This document shows, piece by piece, positions 35,217 to 45,628 of a stretch of 64,000 nucleotides of DNA. The notes under the pieces are model-generated. The model had not been told where the DNA came from. It did not search any database and saw only the letters and a list, made by a program, of their open reading frames with translations. The stretch comes from a virus. The position numbers and the translations under genes are program-made. Position 1 is the stretch's first letter; each line of letters starts with the position of its first letter. The stretch spans positions 65,766-129,765 of the IMG/VR virus record IMGVR_UViG_3300034108_000145; one strand, written 5' to 3'.

Positions 35217-35840
35217 ATGTTTAGTACAACAGGACAAGAAGTAAAACAAGGTGGCGGTACTTTAAAGTCATTACAGCCAGGAGTTGCTTATGCACACATC
35301 CACAGTTCACAGGTTAGAACATCTAACAAAGGAGACAAAAAAGTTTTAGAATTAACACTAGTAGGTCAAGGCTCAGAAGGTTTTGAAGGCTGGCCTATTG
35401 ACAAAGACAACCCAGAAGGAGCAAAGTATTCTGGACCATCTTCTCGTGTTTCAGCTACTATTTGGACAGACCAATTTAACTCTGATGATATTAATAAAAA
35501 CGATATTTTAAACAAGCTTATTGTTGTAGCAACAGAGCTTGGACTTAGAACAGAACTTGATGCTATTTCTTCTAAAGAAAACATCACGTCTATTGAGCAA
35601 TGGGTAGCAGCAGCTACTGACGTATTAAAAGGACACAACATCTATTGGTTCTTAAAAGGTACAGAAGAAGAATACAACGGTAAAACTATTACCAAGTTAT
35701 CTTTACCTAAATACAAGTTTGCTTCTAAAGAAGAGTCTAAGTTAGATAAGTTTGATAAGAACAATCAGTATCACTTTAAAGCTTTACCTAACAAACCAGT
35801 TAGCAGCTTTGAACCAGCTACTGATGACTTTGAAATGTAA
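35217..35840 (+). CDS. Putative single-stranded DNA-binding protein
   Basis: Lies between the Sak4-like ATPase and primase; acidic tail ATDDFEM. Confidence 0.5.
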   Translation: MFSTTGQEVKQGGGTLKSLQPGVAYAHIHSSQVRTSNKGDKKVLELTLVGQGSEGFEGWPIDKDNPEGAKYSGPSSRVSATIWTDQFNSDDINKNDILNKLIVVATELGLRTELDAISSKENITSIEQWVAAATDVLKGHNIYWFLKGTEEEYNGKTITKLSLPKYKFASKEESKLDKFDKNNQYHFKALPNKPVSSFEPATDDFEM

Positions 35841-35867
35841 TATGGTTCAGTAAATATACAAACAAGA

Positions 35868-35898
35868 GGGGGGAGTTTCTACTCCCCCCAATTTTTTT
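35868..35898 (+). terminator. Rho-independent terminator
   Basis: GGGGGGAG-TTTCTA-CTCCCCCC followed by a T run. Confidence 0.8.
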
Positions 35899-35919
35899 CT
35901 TAAATACTTAACGTAACTT

Positions 35920-36891
35920 ATGTTTAAGACTAAAAATTTAGTACATGATATCAAAGATGTTCCTGTACCCTGGATATTTGAACACTTCTGTAAACTAAAA
36001 GAAAAACTAAGTGGTCAAGATATAAAAATTAAAAGCTTGTTTAATGATAAAGAGCGTACACCCAGCATGTGTATTTATCTAGATACTAAACAAGTTTATA
36101 AGTTTAAAGACTTTTCAACCGGTAAAGGCGGATCTGCTATAGATCTTGTAAAAGAGTTAACATCTCTTTCTTACCATAAAGTGTGTCAGCTTATTGTAGA
36201 AAGCTACAATGATTTTGTACTACACAATAATGGTGGTTATGACGTAAAAGAATTTAAACAGTCTTCTAGATATAAAGTATCTAAATTTATTTTCAGATCA
36301 TGGTCAACTCAAGACCAGTACTTCTGGACCCAGTTTAACATTGGAACTAAACTTCTTACAGAACATAACATAAGACCTTTAGATTCTTATTGTATGCTTA
36401 AGGATGACAAAGAACTATGCATTAGAGGCAACTATCTATACGGTTACTTTAAAGCAGACGGAACTCTGTACAAGATCTATCAACCCAAAACTTTAGATAA
36501 GAAATTTATTAAAGTGGCAGACTACGTTCAAGGTTCAGAACAACTTAAAAACAATAAGTATTTGATTATTACATCTTCTTTAAAGGATGTGATGGCTTTG
36601 AAGAGTCTTAAGATTCCTGTAGATATAATAGCACCTGACTCTGAAAACTCTATGATTCGTAAAGAACTCATGGAACAGTATATTAAAAAGTATAAAAAAG
36701 TAATTTTAGTCTTTGACTTTGATGACCCAGGTATTAAAGCTATGGAAAAATATAAAGAACTTTATCCAGAGATTGAATACACGGCTTTACCTATGAGTAA
36801 AGACCCATCAGACTCTATAAAAGACTATGGAGCTAAAGAAGTTTATTACAGACTGGTTCTACTGCTTAACAAAAAACTAGAAGATTGCTAA
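35920..36891 (+). CDS. DNA primase (TOPRIM)
   Basis: SLFN..ERTPS..FKDFSTG, IITSSLKDVM, FDFDDPG and KDPSD. Confidence 0.85.
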   Translation: MFKTKNLVHDIKDVPVPWIFEHFCKLKEKLSGQDIKIKSLFNDKERTPSMCIYLDTKQVYKFKDFSTGKGGSAIDLVKELTSLSYHKVCQLIVESYNDFVLHNNGGYDVKEFKQSSRYKVSKFIFRSWSTQDQYFWTQFNIGTKLLTEHNIRPLDSYCMLKDDKELCIRGNYLYGYFKADGTLYKIYQPKTLDKKFIKVADYVQGSEQLKNNKYLIITSSLKDVMALKSLKIPVDIIAPDSENSMIRKELMEQYIKKYKKVILVFDFDDPGIKAMEKYKELYPEIEYTALPMSKDPSDSIKDYGAKEVYYRLVLLLNKKLEDC

Positions 36892-36898
36892 CATAGCA

Positions 36899-36906
36899 TA
36901 TCTTTG
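36899..36906 (+). promoter_or_regulatory. Bacteroidota -7 element (TATCTTTG)
   Basis: Intergenic TAnnTTTG 17 nt before the ATG; another (TAACTTTG) at 38556-38563. Confidence 0.45.
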
Positions 36907-36922
36907 TAGTATAACATATTAT

Positions 36923-37303
36923 ATGGCTAAACAAACTAAACCAAAGACTCCTAAAACACGCAACGCTGGTACTATGACAGAATCAGCATTCTGGAGTTTT
37001 ATTAGGAGTGCTCTAAGACAAAAGTCTAGATGGTGGAAACCAATAACTCAATGCAAAATAGATGCTCGTAGAGCTTATAAAGGTTCTAACAAGCGTCAGA
37101 AGTTTGAGTATGAATGCAACGCATGTCACAAATGGTTTCCTGAAAAGAAAATAAACGTAGACCATATAATAGGAGCAGGAAGTCTAAACTGTGCAGATGA
37201 CCTACCAGGGTTTGTAGAAAGATTGTTCTGTGAGCAAGATAACTTACAAGTCTTGTGTGAAAAATGTCACGACATTAAAACACAATCAGAAAAACAAAAG
37301 TAG
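36923..37303 (+). CDS. HNH endonuclease
   Basis: CNAC...VDHI...NLQVLCEKCH..KT. Confidence 0.85.
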   Translation: MAKQTKPKTPKTRNAGTMTESAFWSFIRSALRQKSRWWKPITQCKIDARRAYKGSNKRQKFEYECNACHKWFPEKKINVDHIIGAGSLNCADDLPGFVERLFCEQDNLQVLCEKCHDIKTQSEKQK

Positions 37304-37304
37304 T

Positions 37305-37511
37305 ATGGAAGATATACATAAAGATACTTTTAGAGCAGAAGACTGCAGAGCAGAATTAGCGGAAGCTACAGCTAAGCTTAACAACTGCAACACTCTTATA
37401 AAAGAGTTAGTACACTTTCTTGAATATGAGGAAGCTATGACCGTAGATACAAAATCTCAACAACGTATGAGTGAAAAATTAATAGAGCTAGGACTATGGC
37501 CTAGCAGATAA
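37305..37511 (+). CDS. Hypothetical protein
   Basis: Start MEDIH. Confidence 0.55.
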   Translation: MEDIHKDTFRAEDCRAELAEATAKLNNCNTLIKELVHFLEYEEAMTVDTKSQQRMSEKLIELGLWPSR

Positions 37512-37534
37512 ACTAAAACAACCAACACAATAAC

Positions 37535-38566
37535 ATGGAACTAGAAAATTTAATGGAAGAGTCTATAAAAGTTATGCAAGATGACTTTTATAGTAAGAAG
37601 TTTTACTTCTCATATAGTAGTTTAAGTAAACTATTATGGAACCCTATAGTGTTTCATCAGCTATATGTAATGGGGATTAAGGAAGAAAGAGTAGATCAGC
37701 ATCTTGTTCAAGGTAAGATTATCCATACTCTTTTATTAGAAGAAGATAAGTTTAACGACCAGTTTATTGTAAGCCCAAGTAAACTTCCTGGTGACAGTAT
37801 TAAACAAGTAGTAGATAGAATATATGCACACCACTTAGAACTATCACAAAGCGGTGACCAACGCACAAACTTAGAAGAGTTTGATCAAGCTATCCTTGAT
37901 GTAATGATAGACATGAACTACCATCAGAGCTTAAAGACAGATCAACAACGTCTAGATAAAATTATCACCGCAGAAGCTACTAACTATTGGGCATTCTTAA
38001 AAGCAAAAGGAAACAAAACACTTATAGATCAAGACACTCTTGATTTCTGTAAGTCAGCTGTAGAGCTTGTTAAAAAAGATAAACACTTATGTAAACTTAT
38101 AGGATGTAACGTATCAGAATTTGATAACATTGAAGTTTACAACGAGATTTTATTACAAGCAGAAGCTACAGACAAACCTTTTGGTATTAAAGGAATTATT
38201 GATAACTTAGTAGTCAATCATGATGAAAAAACTATATACATCAATGACGTTAAAACTACTAGTAAAGATTTAAAAGACTTCCCTGAAACAGTTGAGTTTT
38301 ATTCTTATTGGTTACAAGCTGTTATCTATTGCAGCTTAGTAGCTAACAAGTATAAGAACGAACTTGAGCTAGGAGGTTATAGTCTTAAGTTCCACTTTGT
38401 AGTTATAGATAGAATGTTTCAAACATATTCATTCCCGGTGTCTGATAACACTCTTAAGCTTTGGCTAAATAGACTAAACGAGTCTTTAAACAAAGCTGAG
38501 TGGCATTATGTAAATAAAAGTTACGATCTTCCGTATGATTTTGCTACAGGATCAGTAACTTTGTAA
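37535..38566 (+). CDS. PD-(D/E)XK exonuclease (RecE-like)
   Basis: SYSSL, G..IH, KGIIDNL, INDVKT and Y.Y.LQA.IY. Confidence 0.85.
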   Translation: MELENLMEESIKVMQDDFYSKKFYFSYSSLSKLLWNPIVFHQLYVMGIKEERVDQHLVQGKIIHTLLLEEDKFNDQFIVSPSKLPGDSIKQVVDRIYAHHLELSQSGDQRTNLEEFDQAILDVMIDMNYHQSLKTDQQRLDKIITAEATNYWAFLKAKGNKTLIDQDTLDFCKSAVELVKKDKHLCKLIGCNVSEFDNIEVYNEILLQAEATDKPFGIKGIIDNLVVNHDEKTIYINDVKTTSKDLKDFPETVEFYSYWLQAVIYCSLVANKYKNELELGGYSLKFHFVVIDRMFQTYSFPVSDNTLKLWLNRLNESLNKAEWHYVNKSYDLPYDFATGSVTL

Positions 38567-38579
38567 ACAAATTGTATAA

Positions 38580-39140
38580 ATGATAGAGAGCTTATACACC
38601 AAATACTTCCAAAAGTCTAGATCCTTTTTATTCCCTGCCCTGGGAATAAAGAGGACTAGTAACTTTACACCTACAGGTGTATACTTATCAATTGATGAAG
38701 TTATACAACCTGAAGATACTAAACTTATATGCAGTTATAAAAAAGATACATCTGAAGGATTCAAAAAGTTTGAGTCACAGATGTTGATTGGTAACCCACT
38801 GTTTAGTCATGTTCTAGATATAGAAGATTATAATCTGTATGTGTTTGATTTTGAGATATATCAAACAGACTGGTATAGTTTTTTATTAGGTAAGTATTCC
38901 AAGCTCTCACCTGTACTTAAAAGGGCCATCAAATCATACTATGGAGACACTTCTAGTGAGTACAAGTATATAGAAACCTATTTATATCCAGATAAGTATT
39001 TTGACACCTATGCAAAGCTATTGGATGTACCCGCCACCACCCTTAAAGAATTAGGTGAACTTTGTGATCCTTGTGACTTAGAAAAAGAAACTTTAAAAAT
39101 TCCAGTAAAAGATTTGGATATGTTAAAGAAAACAGTGTAA
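38580..39140 (+). CDS. Hypothetical protein
   Basis: 186 aa; FLLGKYSKLS motif. Confidence 0.75.
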   Translation: MIESLYTKYFQKSRSFLFPALGIKRTSNFTPTGVYLSIDEVIQPEDTKLICSYKKDTSEGFKKFESQMLIGNPLFSHVLDIEDYNLYVFDFEIYQTDWYSFLLGKYSKLSPVLKRAIKSYYGDTSSEYKYIETYLYPDKYFDTYAKLLDVPATTLKELGELCDPCDLEKETLKIPVKDLDMLKKTV

Positions 39141-39163
39141 TTTTACAGTATAAAAAACAAACA

Positions 39164-39568
39164 ATGAACAAATCAATGATTCTTATTACTGGGACCTGGG
39201 CTAATGGTAAAACATTTAAGATGATCCCAGCTACTCCAGACAGTCCTTATAATGAGGCTATTTTTGATCCTGAAGCTAAAGTGTTAGCTCTTATTGGTAA
39301 AGAGAAGAAACAATCTTTACACATGCTAGCTAAGCTTAATGAGTTTGGAGACCCACAAACAATGAAGATAGGAAAAAGATCTAATGGTAAAGAGTACGCA
39401 GAAGAGCGTAAGACTATTGAGACTTACTATGAGTACTACGTAGAATCACCAGAAGAGATTAAAGATATAATCAATTTACTAGCTTTAAATGCAGACACCT
39501 TTGATTACAATCAATACGTAGATGCTGTTAAAGCTCCTGTGAAACAAAGCAGTATTGTTACGGTGTAA
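39164..39568 (+). CDS. Hypothetical protein
   Basis: 134-aa ORF. Confidence 0.75.
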   Translation: MNKSMILITGTWANGKTFKMIPATPDSPYNEAIFDPEAKVLALIGKEKKQSLHMLAKLNEFGDPQTMKIGKRSNGKEYAEERKTIETYYEYYVESPEEIKDIINLLALNADTFDYNQYVDAVKAPVKQSSIVTV

Positions 39569-39605
39569 TTCCGTAGCTATTTTTTTAGAGTTTAAGATGA
39601 CCATT

Positions 39606-39634
39606 AAGAGGCAGTTACCCATCTGCCTTTTTTT
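39606..39634 (+). terminator. Rho-independent terminator
   Basis: AGAGGCAG/CTGCCTTT stem followed by a T run. Confidence 0.75.
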
Positions 39635-39677
39635 GGCTTCTTATATTGGGGGGACAGCTTAACTGAACACCACACAT

Positions 39678-41618
39678 ATGAGCGATAGGCCAATGACACA
39701 TTGGGTAATGGACTACGAAACTCTTTCTAATTGTTTTGTAGCAGTATTCCAACACTACAAAGATGAATCTGTCAAACATCTTTTTGTAATACACAAAGAC
39801 AGAAACGATCTCCCTAAGTTTATAGCTTTCTTAAATAACTGTGTAGCTCAGAAGCAATACCATATTTCTTATAACGGTATAGCGTTTGATGCTCAGATAA
39901 GCCAAAGTATATTAGATAACCAAGCTAAGCTTTTAAAGCTTGATACAGAAGCTGTTATCAAATATATCTATGACTATGCACAGAAGACTATAAACAAATC
40001 TGACAAAGGAGAGTTTGCAGAATACCCTCTATATAAACTTAAGATCCGCCAGATAGATTTATTTAAGATGAACCACTGGGACAACCGTGCCAAGATGAGC
40101 TCTCTTAAATGGATACAGTATTCTATGGATTGGCAGAATGTAGAAGAGATGCCTCACCCGCATTACATGCCTGTTGAAACTCCAGAGCAGTTACAGATGA
40201 TCATAAAGTATTGTCACAATGATGTTCTTAGTACTAAAATGATACTAGAACATTCTAAAGAACAAATACAACTTAGACAGACTCTTACTAAAGAATATAA
40301 CATTGACTTGTATTCTGCGTCAGAGCCCCGCATATCTAAAGAGTTATTCGTACACTTCTTGCACCAGAAGCTAGGTATACCAAAATCTGAAATCAAACAG
40401 ATGAGAACGCCAAGAGATTATATAATCCTTGCAGAGTGTATACTACCTTACATTAAATTTCAAACACCAGAGTTTCAGAAAGTATTAGACTACCTACGTA
40501 CTAAAGTAATTACATCTACTAAAGATGGATTTAAGTTTAGTATGAACTATAAAGGTGTTAAAACTGATTACGGTCTAGGCGGTATTCACGGTGCAGCAGA
40601 TGCAGGAGTATATGAAGCTAAACCAGGATGGACTATTATGACATCCGATGTAACTAGCTTCTATCCTAATCTAGCTATTAGAAATGGATTTCATCCAGAG
40701 CATCTACCAGCACAAGAGTTTTGCAATCTATATGAGTGGTTCTTTGAAGAGCGTAAGAAGATTCCTAAGTCTGACCCTAAAAACTACGTGTATAAGATTA
40801 TTCTTAACAGCACATACGGTTTAACAGGTGATGAAAATAGTTTCCTGTACGATCCAAAGATGACTATGCAGATTACCATCAACGGTCAGCTTAGCTTAAG
40901 CATGCTCTATGAAATGATCTGTGAGCAAATACCAGAAGCTGTGCCTCTTATGCAAAACACTGATGGTCTTGAGACTTTACTACCTAATGACAAAATCGAG
41001 AAATACCACGAGATATGTCGTAAGTGGGAGCTAATGACTCAGTTAAGTCTAGAGCATGATGAGTATAGTAAACTTATCTTAGCTGACGTTAACAACTATA
41101 TAGCAATTTATAAAAACGGTAAAACTAAATGTAAAGGTAAGTTTGAGTGGGAAGATCTTGAAAAGAAAAAAGTATCTATCTTCCATAAGAACAAAAGCTG
41201 CCTTGTTGTACCTAAAGCAGTGTATGCATATTTTACTAAAGGTATAATGCCTGAAGACTTTCTTGCACAAGATCAAAACATATTTGACTACTGTGCAGGA
41301 GTTAAATCTAAAGGTGGTTGGTACTTTGAAGAGCGTAGTGTAAAAGACGGTGCTCTACATGTAAACAAGCTACAAAAAATTATAAGATATTTTATCTCTA
41401 ACAGAGGATCTAAACTTGTTAAATGCAACAAGGATGGTAGAGAAATACAGGCTGAAGCTGGACAATGGTTACAAACTGTAATAAATAAGATAGATCCAAA
41501 TAAACCGTTCAGTGAGTATGATATAAACAAGTCATACTATTTAGAAGAAATCTATAAACAAATTGAACAAATAGAAAAGGTCAAACCAAGATCTTCAACA
41601 CAACTCTCACTCTTTTAA
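39678..41618 (+). CDS. DNA polymerase family B with 3'-5' exonuclease
   Basis: DYET, YNG..FD and YC.ND (Exo); DVTSFYPN, KIILNSTYG and NTDG (Pol). Confidence 0.92.
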   Translation: MSDRPMTHWVMDYETLSNCFVAVFQHYKDESVKHLFVIHKDRNDLPKFIAFLNNCVAQKQYHISYNGIAFDAQISQSILDNQAKLLKLDTEAVIKYIYDYAQKTINKSDKGEFAEYPLYKLKIRQIDLFKMNHWDNRAKMSSLKWIQYSMDWQNVEEMPHPHYMPVETPEQLQMIIKYCHNDVLSTKMILEHSKEQIQLRQTLTKEYNIDLYSASEPRISKELFVHFLHQKLGIPKSEIKQMRTPRDYIILAECILPYIKFQTPEFQKVLDYLRTKVITSTKDGFKFSMNYKGVKTDYGLGGIHGAADAGVYEAKPGWTIMTSDVTSFYPNLAIRNGFHPEHLPAQEFCNLYEWFFEERKKIPKSDPKNYVYKIILNSTYGLTGDENSFLYDPKMTMQITINGQLSLSMLYEMICEQIPEAVPLMQNTDGLETLLPNDKIEKYHEICRKWELMTQLSLEHDEYSKLILADVNNYIAIYKNGKTKCKGKFEWEDLEKKKVSIFHKNKSCLVVPKAVYAYFTKGIMPEDFLAQDQNIFDYCAGVKSKGGWYFEERSVKDGALHVNKLQKIIRYFISNRGSKLVKCNKDGREIQAEAGQWLQTVINKIDPNKPFSEYDINKSYYLEEIYKQIEQIEKVKPRSSTQLSLF

Positions 41619-41628
41619 CCCCACAATT

Positions 41629-42456
41629 ATGCCAATTAAAACAACGTTTGTAACAGAACAACACATTAGAAACACAGCTCTTCCTACACACGGGAAGACT
41701 TACACTGTAATTCCTCACGGCTATGTAATTGATCAAGCCAAACAAGAGCTAGCATCTGCTGGCTTAGAGGTAACAAAATCACTATATAAATGTAGCTTAG
41801 ATGGTCAGATAGCACAAGGTATCTATCATCTTAACTCTACTACAGATAAAGATATGGGTATGATGTTTGCGTGGAGCAACTCATACAACAAGATGATGAA
41901 GTTTAAATGTGCTATAGGAGCACAAGTATTTGTATGCATGAACGGTGTAGTATCTGGAGATCTAGGTAACTACAAGCGTAAACATACAGGTACAGCTTTA
42001 GCAGATGTTACATCATCTATTCAATTTCAGATAGCTAATGCTACACAATACTATAACAATCTTATTGCAGATAAAGAGATGCTTAAGCAAACACGTTTAT
42101 CTAAAAGAGACCAAAGTAGTATTATTGGACAGCTTTACGCTGATAAAGAAATCTTAACTTTAACTCAGCTTGCTCAAGTTAAAAGAGAGATGACTACTCC
42201 TTCTCATAGTTACAATGCAGATCCTAATTCAGCATGGAGCTTATACAATCATATAACTCTTGCTTTAAAAGAATCTCATCCGCTAACTTTCTTAAACGAC
42301 CATCAAGAAGTACATAACTTCTTTGTTAACGAATTTGGTCAACTACAAACACTTTCTATACCAGAGATAACTCCAGATGATATTGTATCTTCAGAACAAG
42401 AAGAACCATCTTTTGAGTTGGTAGACCAAGATAGCTTTGGAGTAACATTCATGTAA
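41629..42456 (+). CDS. DUF932/DUF945-like protein
   Basis: Y.VIPH, NSYN, VFVCMNG, KHTG and SAWSLYN.IT. Confidence 0.75.
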   Translation: MPIKTTFVTEQHIRNTALPTHGKTYTVIPHGYVIDQAKQELASAGLEVTKSLYKCSLDGQIAQGIYHLNSTTDKDMGMMFAWSNSYNKMMKFKCAIGAQVFVCMNGVVSGDLGNYKRKHTGTALADVTSSIQFQIANATQYYNNLIADKEMLKQTRLSKRDQSSIIGQLYADKEILTLTQLAQVKREMTTPSHSYNADPNSAWSLYNHITLALKESHPLTFLNDHQEVHNFFVNEFGQLQTLSIPEITPDDIVSSEQEEPSFELVDQDSFGVTFM

Positions 42457-42465
42457 TTTAAAAAC

Positions 42466-42491
42466 AAGCAGGGGGGAAACCTCCTGCTTTT
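42466..42491 (+). terminator. Terminator hairpin
   Basis: AAGCAGGGGG-GAAA-CCTCCTGCTT-TT. Confidence 0.75.
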
Positions 42492-42501
42492 AATATTTAG
42501 T

Positions 42502-42843
42502 ATGGACACCTTAAACGAAACGTCTATAGGAGAACTATTTTCATCTGTTTTGCAGCATATGAAATGTATAGAAGTAAGAATTGACTATGCAAAAGCTGCT
42601 ACATCACAGAAACAAAAGTATGTTTTGAACAACGCTTTACAAAAAGTTAAAGCAGCTATTAATCACGTATGTGATTTACTACCCGATTCTGAATCAGCCC
42701 TTATAGTAAAAAAAGAATTAGATAAAGCAGATTTAGTTTATGTAATGCTTATTACAGAACAACTTATAGCTCTTCCACAAGAAGATATGGAAGAAGTTAT
42801 AGAATTAATAGAAGCCCATATTAATAAAAAATACAAACAATAA
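42502..42843 (+). CDS. Hypothetical protein
   Basis: 113-aa ORF. Confidence 0.7.
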   Translation: MDTLNETSIGELFSSVLQHMKCIEVRIDYAKAATSQKQKYVLNNALQKVKAAINHVCDLLPDSESALIVKKELDKADLVYVMLITEQLIALPQEDMEEVIELIEAHINKKYKQ

Positions 42844-42845
42844 TT

Positions 42846-43187
42846 ATGAGATGGTATAAATTAAATGAAGATCATACAGTAGAAATGCTACCAGAAGGTA
42901 AGTATCCTATGCTAGGTGACTTTAGTGGGCCTACAAAACATGTTGGCAATACACTTATAGGTAACCAAAGAATATCTACAGTATTCTTACACTTTGACCA
43001 CAGCTTAAACTTTGGTACAACTGAAGAATCATCTGACCCAGTATTATTTGAGTCTATGATATTTGAAGGCCCGCATAATGAATATCAGCGTAGATACAAT
43101 ACTTATGATGAAGCTTTACAAGGACACAACAACTTAGTAAAAGCTTTAGAAGAAGAAAGACATCCTGACTTTTACTTTAATGATTAA
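42846..43187 (+). CDS. Hypothetical phage protein
   Basis: ISTVFL..DH...P.LFESMIF.G...RY.T..EA..GH pattern. Confidence 0.7.
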   Translation: MRWYKLNEDHTVEMLPEGKYPMLGDFSGPTKHVGNTLIGNQRISTVFLHFDHSLNFGTTEESSDPVLFESMIFEGPHNEYQRRYNTYDEALQGHNNLVKALEEERHPDFYFND

Positions 43188-43482
43188 AAATACAATAATG
43201 GAACTAATTAACGCCAGAGAACTGGCAATCAAATATCCCTCTACTTTTAACGCTCCTTGTGAAGATTGTCTTAATGACATTCAAGAAGGTGATTATGTAA
43301 AAATATGTCCAGGTGAAGAAAGATTCTGGTGTAACGTTGTATCAATAGATAGAGACAAACGAAACATTACAGCATCTGTAGCTAATAATCTTGTTATCTA
43401 CGATCTTCCTGTAGGGACACTAGTAGATATAGATTATGATAACGTGTATGATATACTTAAACATGAAGATGTAAACTTATGA
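43180..43482 (+). CDS. Hypothetical protein
   Basis: GDYVKI...ERFW motif. Confidence 0.65.
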   Translation: MIKNTIMELINARELAIKYPSTFNAPCEDCLNDIQEGDYVKICPGEERFWCNVVSIDRDKRNITASVANNLVIYDLPVGTLVDIDYDNVYDILKHEDVNL

Positions 43483-44141
43483 TTATAGGAATTAGCGGAT
43501 ACTCCGGATCTGGAAAAGATTTAGCGGGTACTATTATACAAGAGATTAGCCTAAACAAATGGGAGGTTAAGAAATGGGCTGGTAAATTAAAGACCATGGC
43601 TTCTATACTAACAGGCATCCCTGTAGAAAAGTTTGAAGACCAAGAGTTTAAGAAAACAGAATTAGGTCCAGAGTGGTCTTCATTAAAAATGAGACCTGGT
43701 AAAAGACAAGACGGTATCTTTCCAAAGAAGCAGGATATGCAATTAGTACCAATGACTGTAAGAGACTTATTACAAAAACTAGGTACTGATGCAATTAGAG
43801 ATGGTTTACATACTAATGCATGGGTCAACGCTGTTATGGCTGACTATAAAAAACAGTCATCAGAATGCGGTACAAGTAAAATGGGAACAACAGTTAACTG
43901 TGTTGATTATCCTAATTGGATTATTACAGATACACGTTTTCCTAATGAAGCAGAAGCTATTAAGAAAGCTGGTGGTATTGTTATACGTATAAACAGACCA
44001 GGTGTACAGCCCATCAATCCACATCCATCTGAGACTAGTTTAGACAATTGGAGCTTTGATGCTGTAATTAATAATGACAGTCAAATAGACGATCTTATAC
44101 AAAAGATCAGGGTAGTTTTATATAAACATCAAATCATGTAA
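43479..44141 (+). CDS. Deoxynucleoside monophosphate kinase
   Basis: IIGISGYSGSGKD, R.LLQ.LGT, ITDTRFPNE and HPSE. Confidence 0.9.
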   Translation: MIIGISGYSGSGKDLAGTIIQEISLNKWEVKKWAGKLKTMASILTGIPVEKFEDQEFKKTELGPEWSSLKMRPGKRQDGIFPKKQDMQLVPMTVRDLLQKLGTDAIRDGLHTNAWVNAVMADYKKQSSECGTSKMGTTVNCVDYPNWIITDTRFPNEAEAIKKAGGIVIRINRPGVQPINPHPSETSLDNWSFDAVINNDSQIDDLIQKIRVVLYKHQIM

Positions 44142-44542
44142 TGGGAAAGGTCCTACCAAGAAATCACAAGAAGTATAATTTAATCGTATACCACGCTCTA
44201 TGTGGTATGATGACTAACTTTTTAGAAGAAGCTGTACTTCCAGATAAAAGTTTGGTTAAACAACGTATTAAATTGTTAACCAAGCAATTATATGACGAAC
44301 TTCAAAAACCAGTAGATGACTTTTTAGTCAAGCTTAAAAAAGATGGTTATGAAGGAGCAGTGTATGAAGGTCAGGATATGACTGAATTATTCCAGATTGC
44401 TACTATAGCAATGGAACATTATTTTAAACTTAGTCTACAAATAGAAGACATGGATGACATTAAGAAGCAAGGATTAACCACGCAGCTTAACATCTTCCTA
44501 AAGTCTTACGGTTTAGAGACTATGGATATACCAACTTATTAG
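44141..44542 (+). CDS. Hypothetical protein
   Basis: 133-aa ORF. Confidence 0.65.
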   Translation: MGKVLPRNHKKYNLIVYHALCGMMTNFLEEAVLPDKSLVKQRIKLLTKQLYDELQKPVDDFLVKLKKDGYEGAVYEGQDMTELFQIATIAMEHYFKLSLQIEDMDDIKKQGLTTQLNIFLKSYGLETMDIPTY

Positions 44543-44543
44543 T

Positions 44544-45398
44544 ATGAAAATTATCCATCAAAAAACCAAAACCCTAATCACCCGTGATAATGGACGCAGC
44601 TCAGATGCTGTTAGTCCTAACTTTATTTACGGGTGCTTGGGTGGTTGTATGAATTCCTACTGCTATGTAGGTAGATACAACCATGACAAAGTATATATAA
44701 ACGAAAACACTAATGATATTTTACAATCAGTTTGGGACTGGTTAGTAGATAAACCATGGCCCAAAGCTCCAAACCAATGTGACAAGAAGTATTACACTAT
44801 AGATATTGGTTGTAGCACGGATGTAGCACTAATGAGTAAACACTATAACTGGGAACATGTTTTTGGCTGGTTTGAGAATCACAAAATGGCTAAGAGCACC
44901 TTTGCTACTAAGTATCCAACTATGTTTCGTCCTAATGAAAGGTTTATAATTCATCCTGATAAACACCGGGTCCGGGTAAGCCTGATGCCTCAGATATACT
45001 CTGATGTATTAGAACCAGGTACAGACACTATAGAAGAGCGTATAAAAAGTATACCTAGGCTACAGCAGTACATGGAAGTACACATTAACTTTAGCCCTAT
45101 CATTTATACAGATGGTTGGTTACAAGAATACCGTAAACTATTTGAGCAACTTAAAGCTGCCGGTATAGATGTTAAGTGTGAATGCATATTCCTTACACAC
45201 AACGTACATCAGCATGAGCGTAACTCTGATATAGTAAGAGACATTTTATGGCGTCCTGATATACAAGAGTCTAAAGATTCTCAGTATGCTGCTGATAATA
45301 TCCGTTACCAGTGGCAGCTAAAGAAAGAAATGATTAACCAGTTTACTAAACTCTATGCAGAGTTCTTTGATCCCGCTAACATTAGATACATATTTTAA
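44544..45398 (+). CDS. Spore photoproduct lyase-like radical SAM protein
   Basis: GCLGGCMNSYCY cluster motif, DIGCSTD, TFATK, RVSL.P, EP.T..I.ERI, NFSPII and terminal IRYIF. Confidence 0.8.
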   Translation: MKIIHQKTKTLITRDNGRSSDAVSPNFIYGCLGGCMNSYCYVGRYNHDKVYINENTNDILQSVWDWLVDKPWPKAPNQCDKKYYTIDIGCSTDVALMSKHYNWEHVFGWFENHKMAKSTFATKYPTMFRPNERFIIHPDKHRVRVSLMPQIYSDVLEPGTDTIEERIKSIPRLQQYMEVHINFSPIIYTDGWLQEYRKLFEQLKAAGIDVKCECIFLTHNVHQHERNSDIVRDILWRPDIQESKDSQYAADNIRYQWQLKKEMINQFTKLYAEFFDPANIRYIF

Positions 45399-45400
45399 TT

Positions 45401-45628
45401 ATGAAAAGACAAACTCCTGTAGAAAGACTAGCAGACTATGTACGATCAAGGTATGACACTACTGAAGTATTTAACAACCTGGTAACCAATCTGTTACACA
45501 GAGAAATGCTACAGCGTGTAGAAGACTATAATGCTGGACATGCTGACGGTCTATGCAATCATGTTAATGATGCTAATAATTATATAAACGAACAAAACTA
45601 TTTAAACGATGAAGATACTACACATTAG
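45401..45628 (+). CDS. Hypothetical protein
   Basis: 75-aa ORF. Confidence 0.6.
   Translation: MKRQTPVERLADYVRSRYDTTEVFNNLVTNLLHREMLQRVEDYNAGHADGLCNHVNDANNYINEQNYLNDEDTTH

Noticed and set aside
39678-41618. Intein or intron in DNA polymerase
   Set aside because: Continuous ORF of ordinary size with normally spaced motifs.
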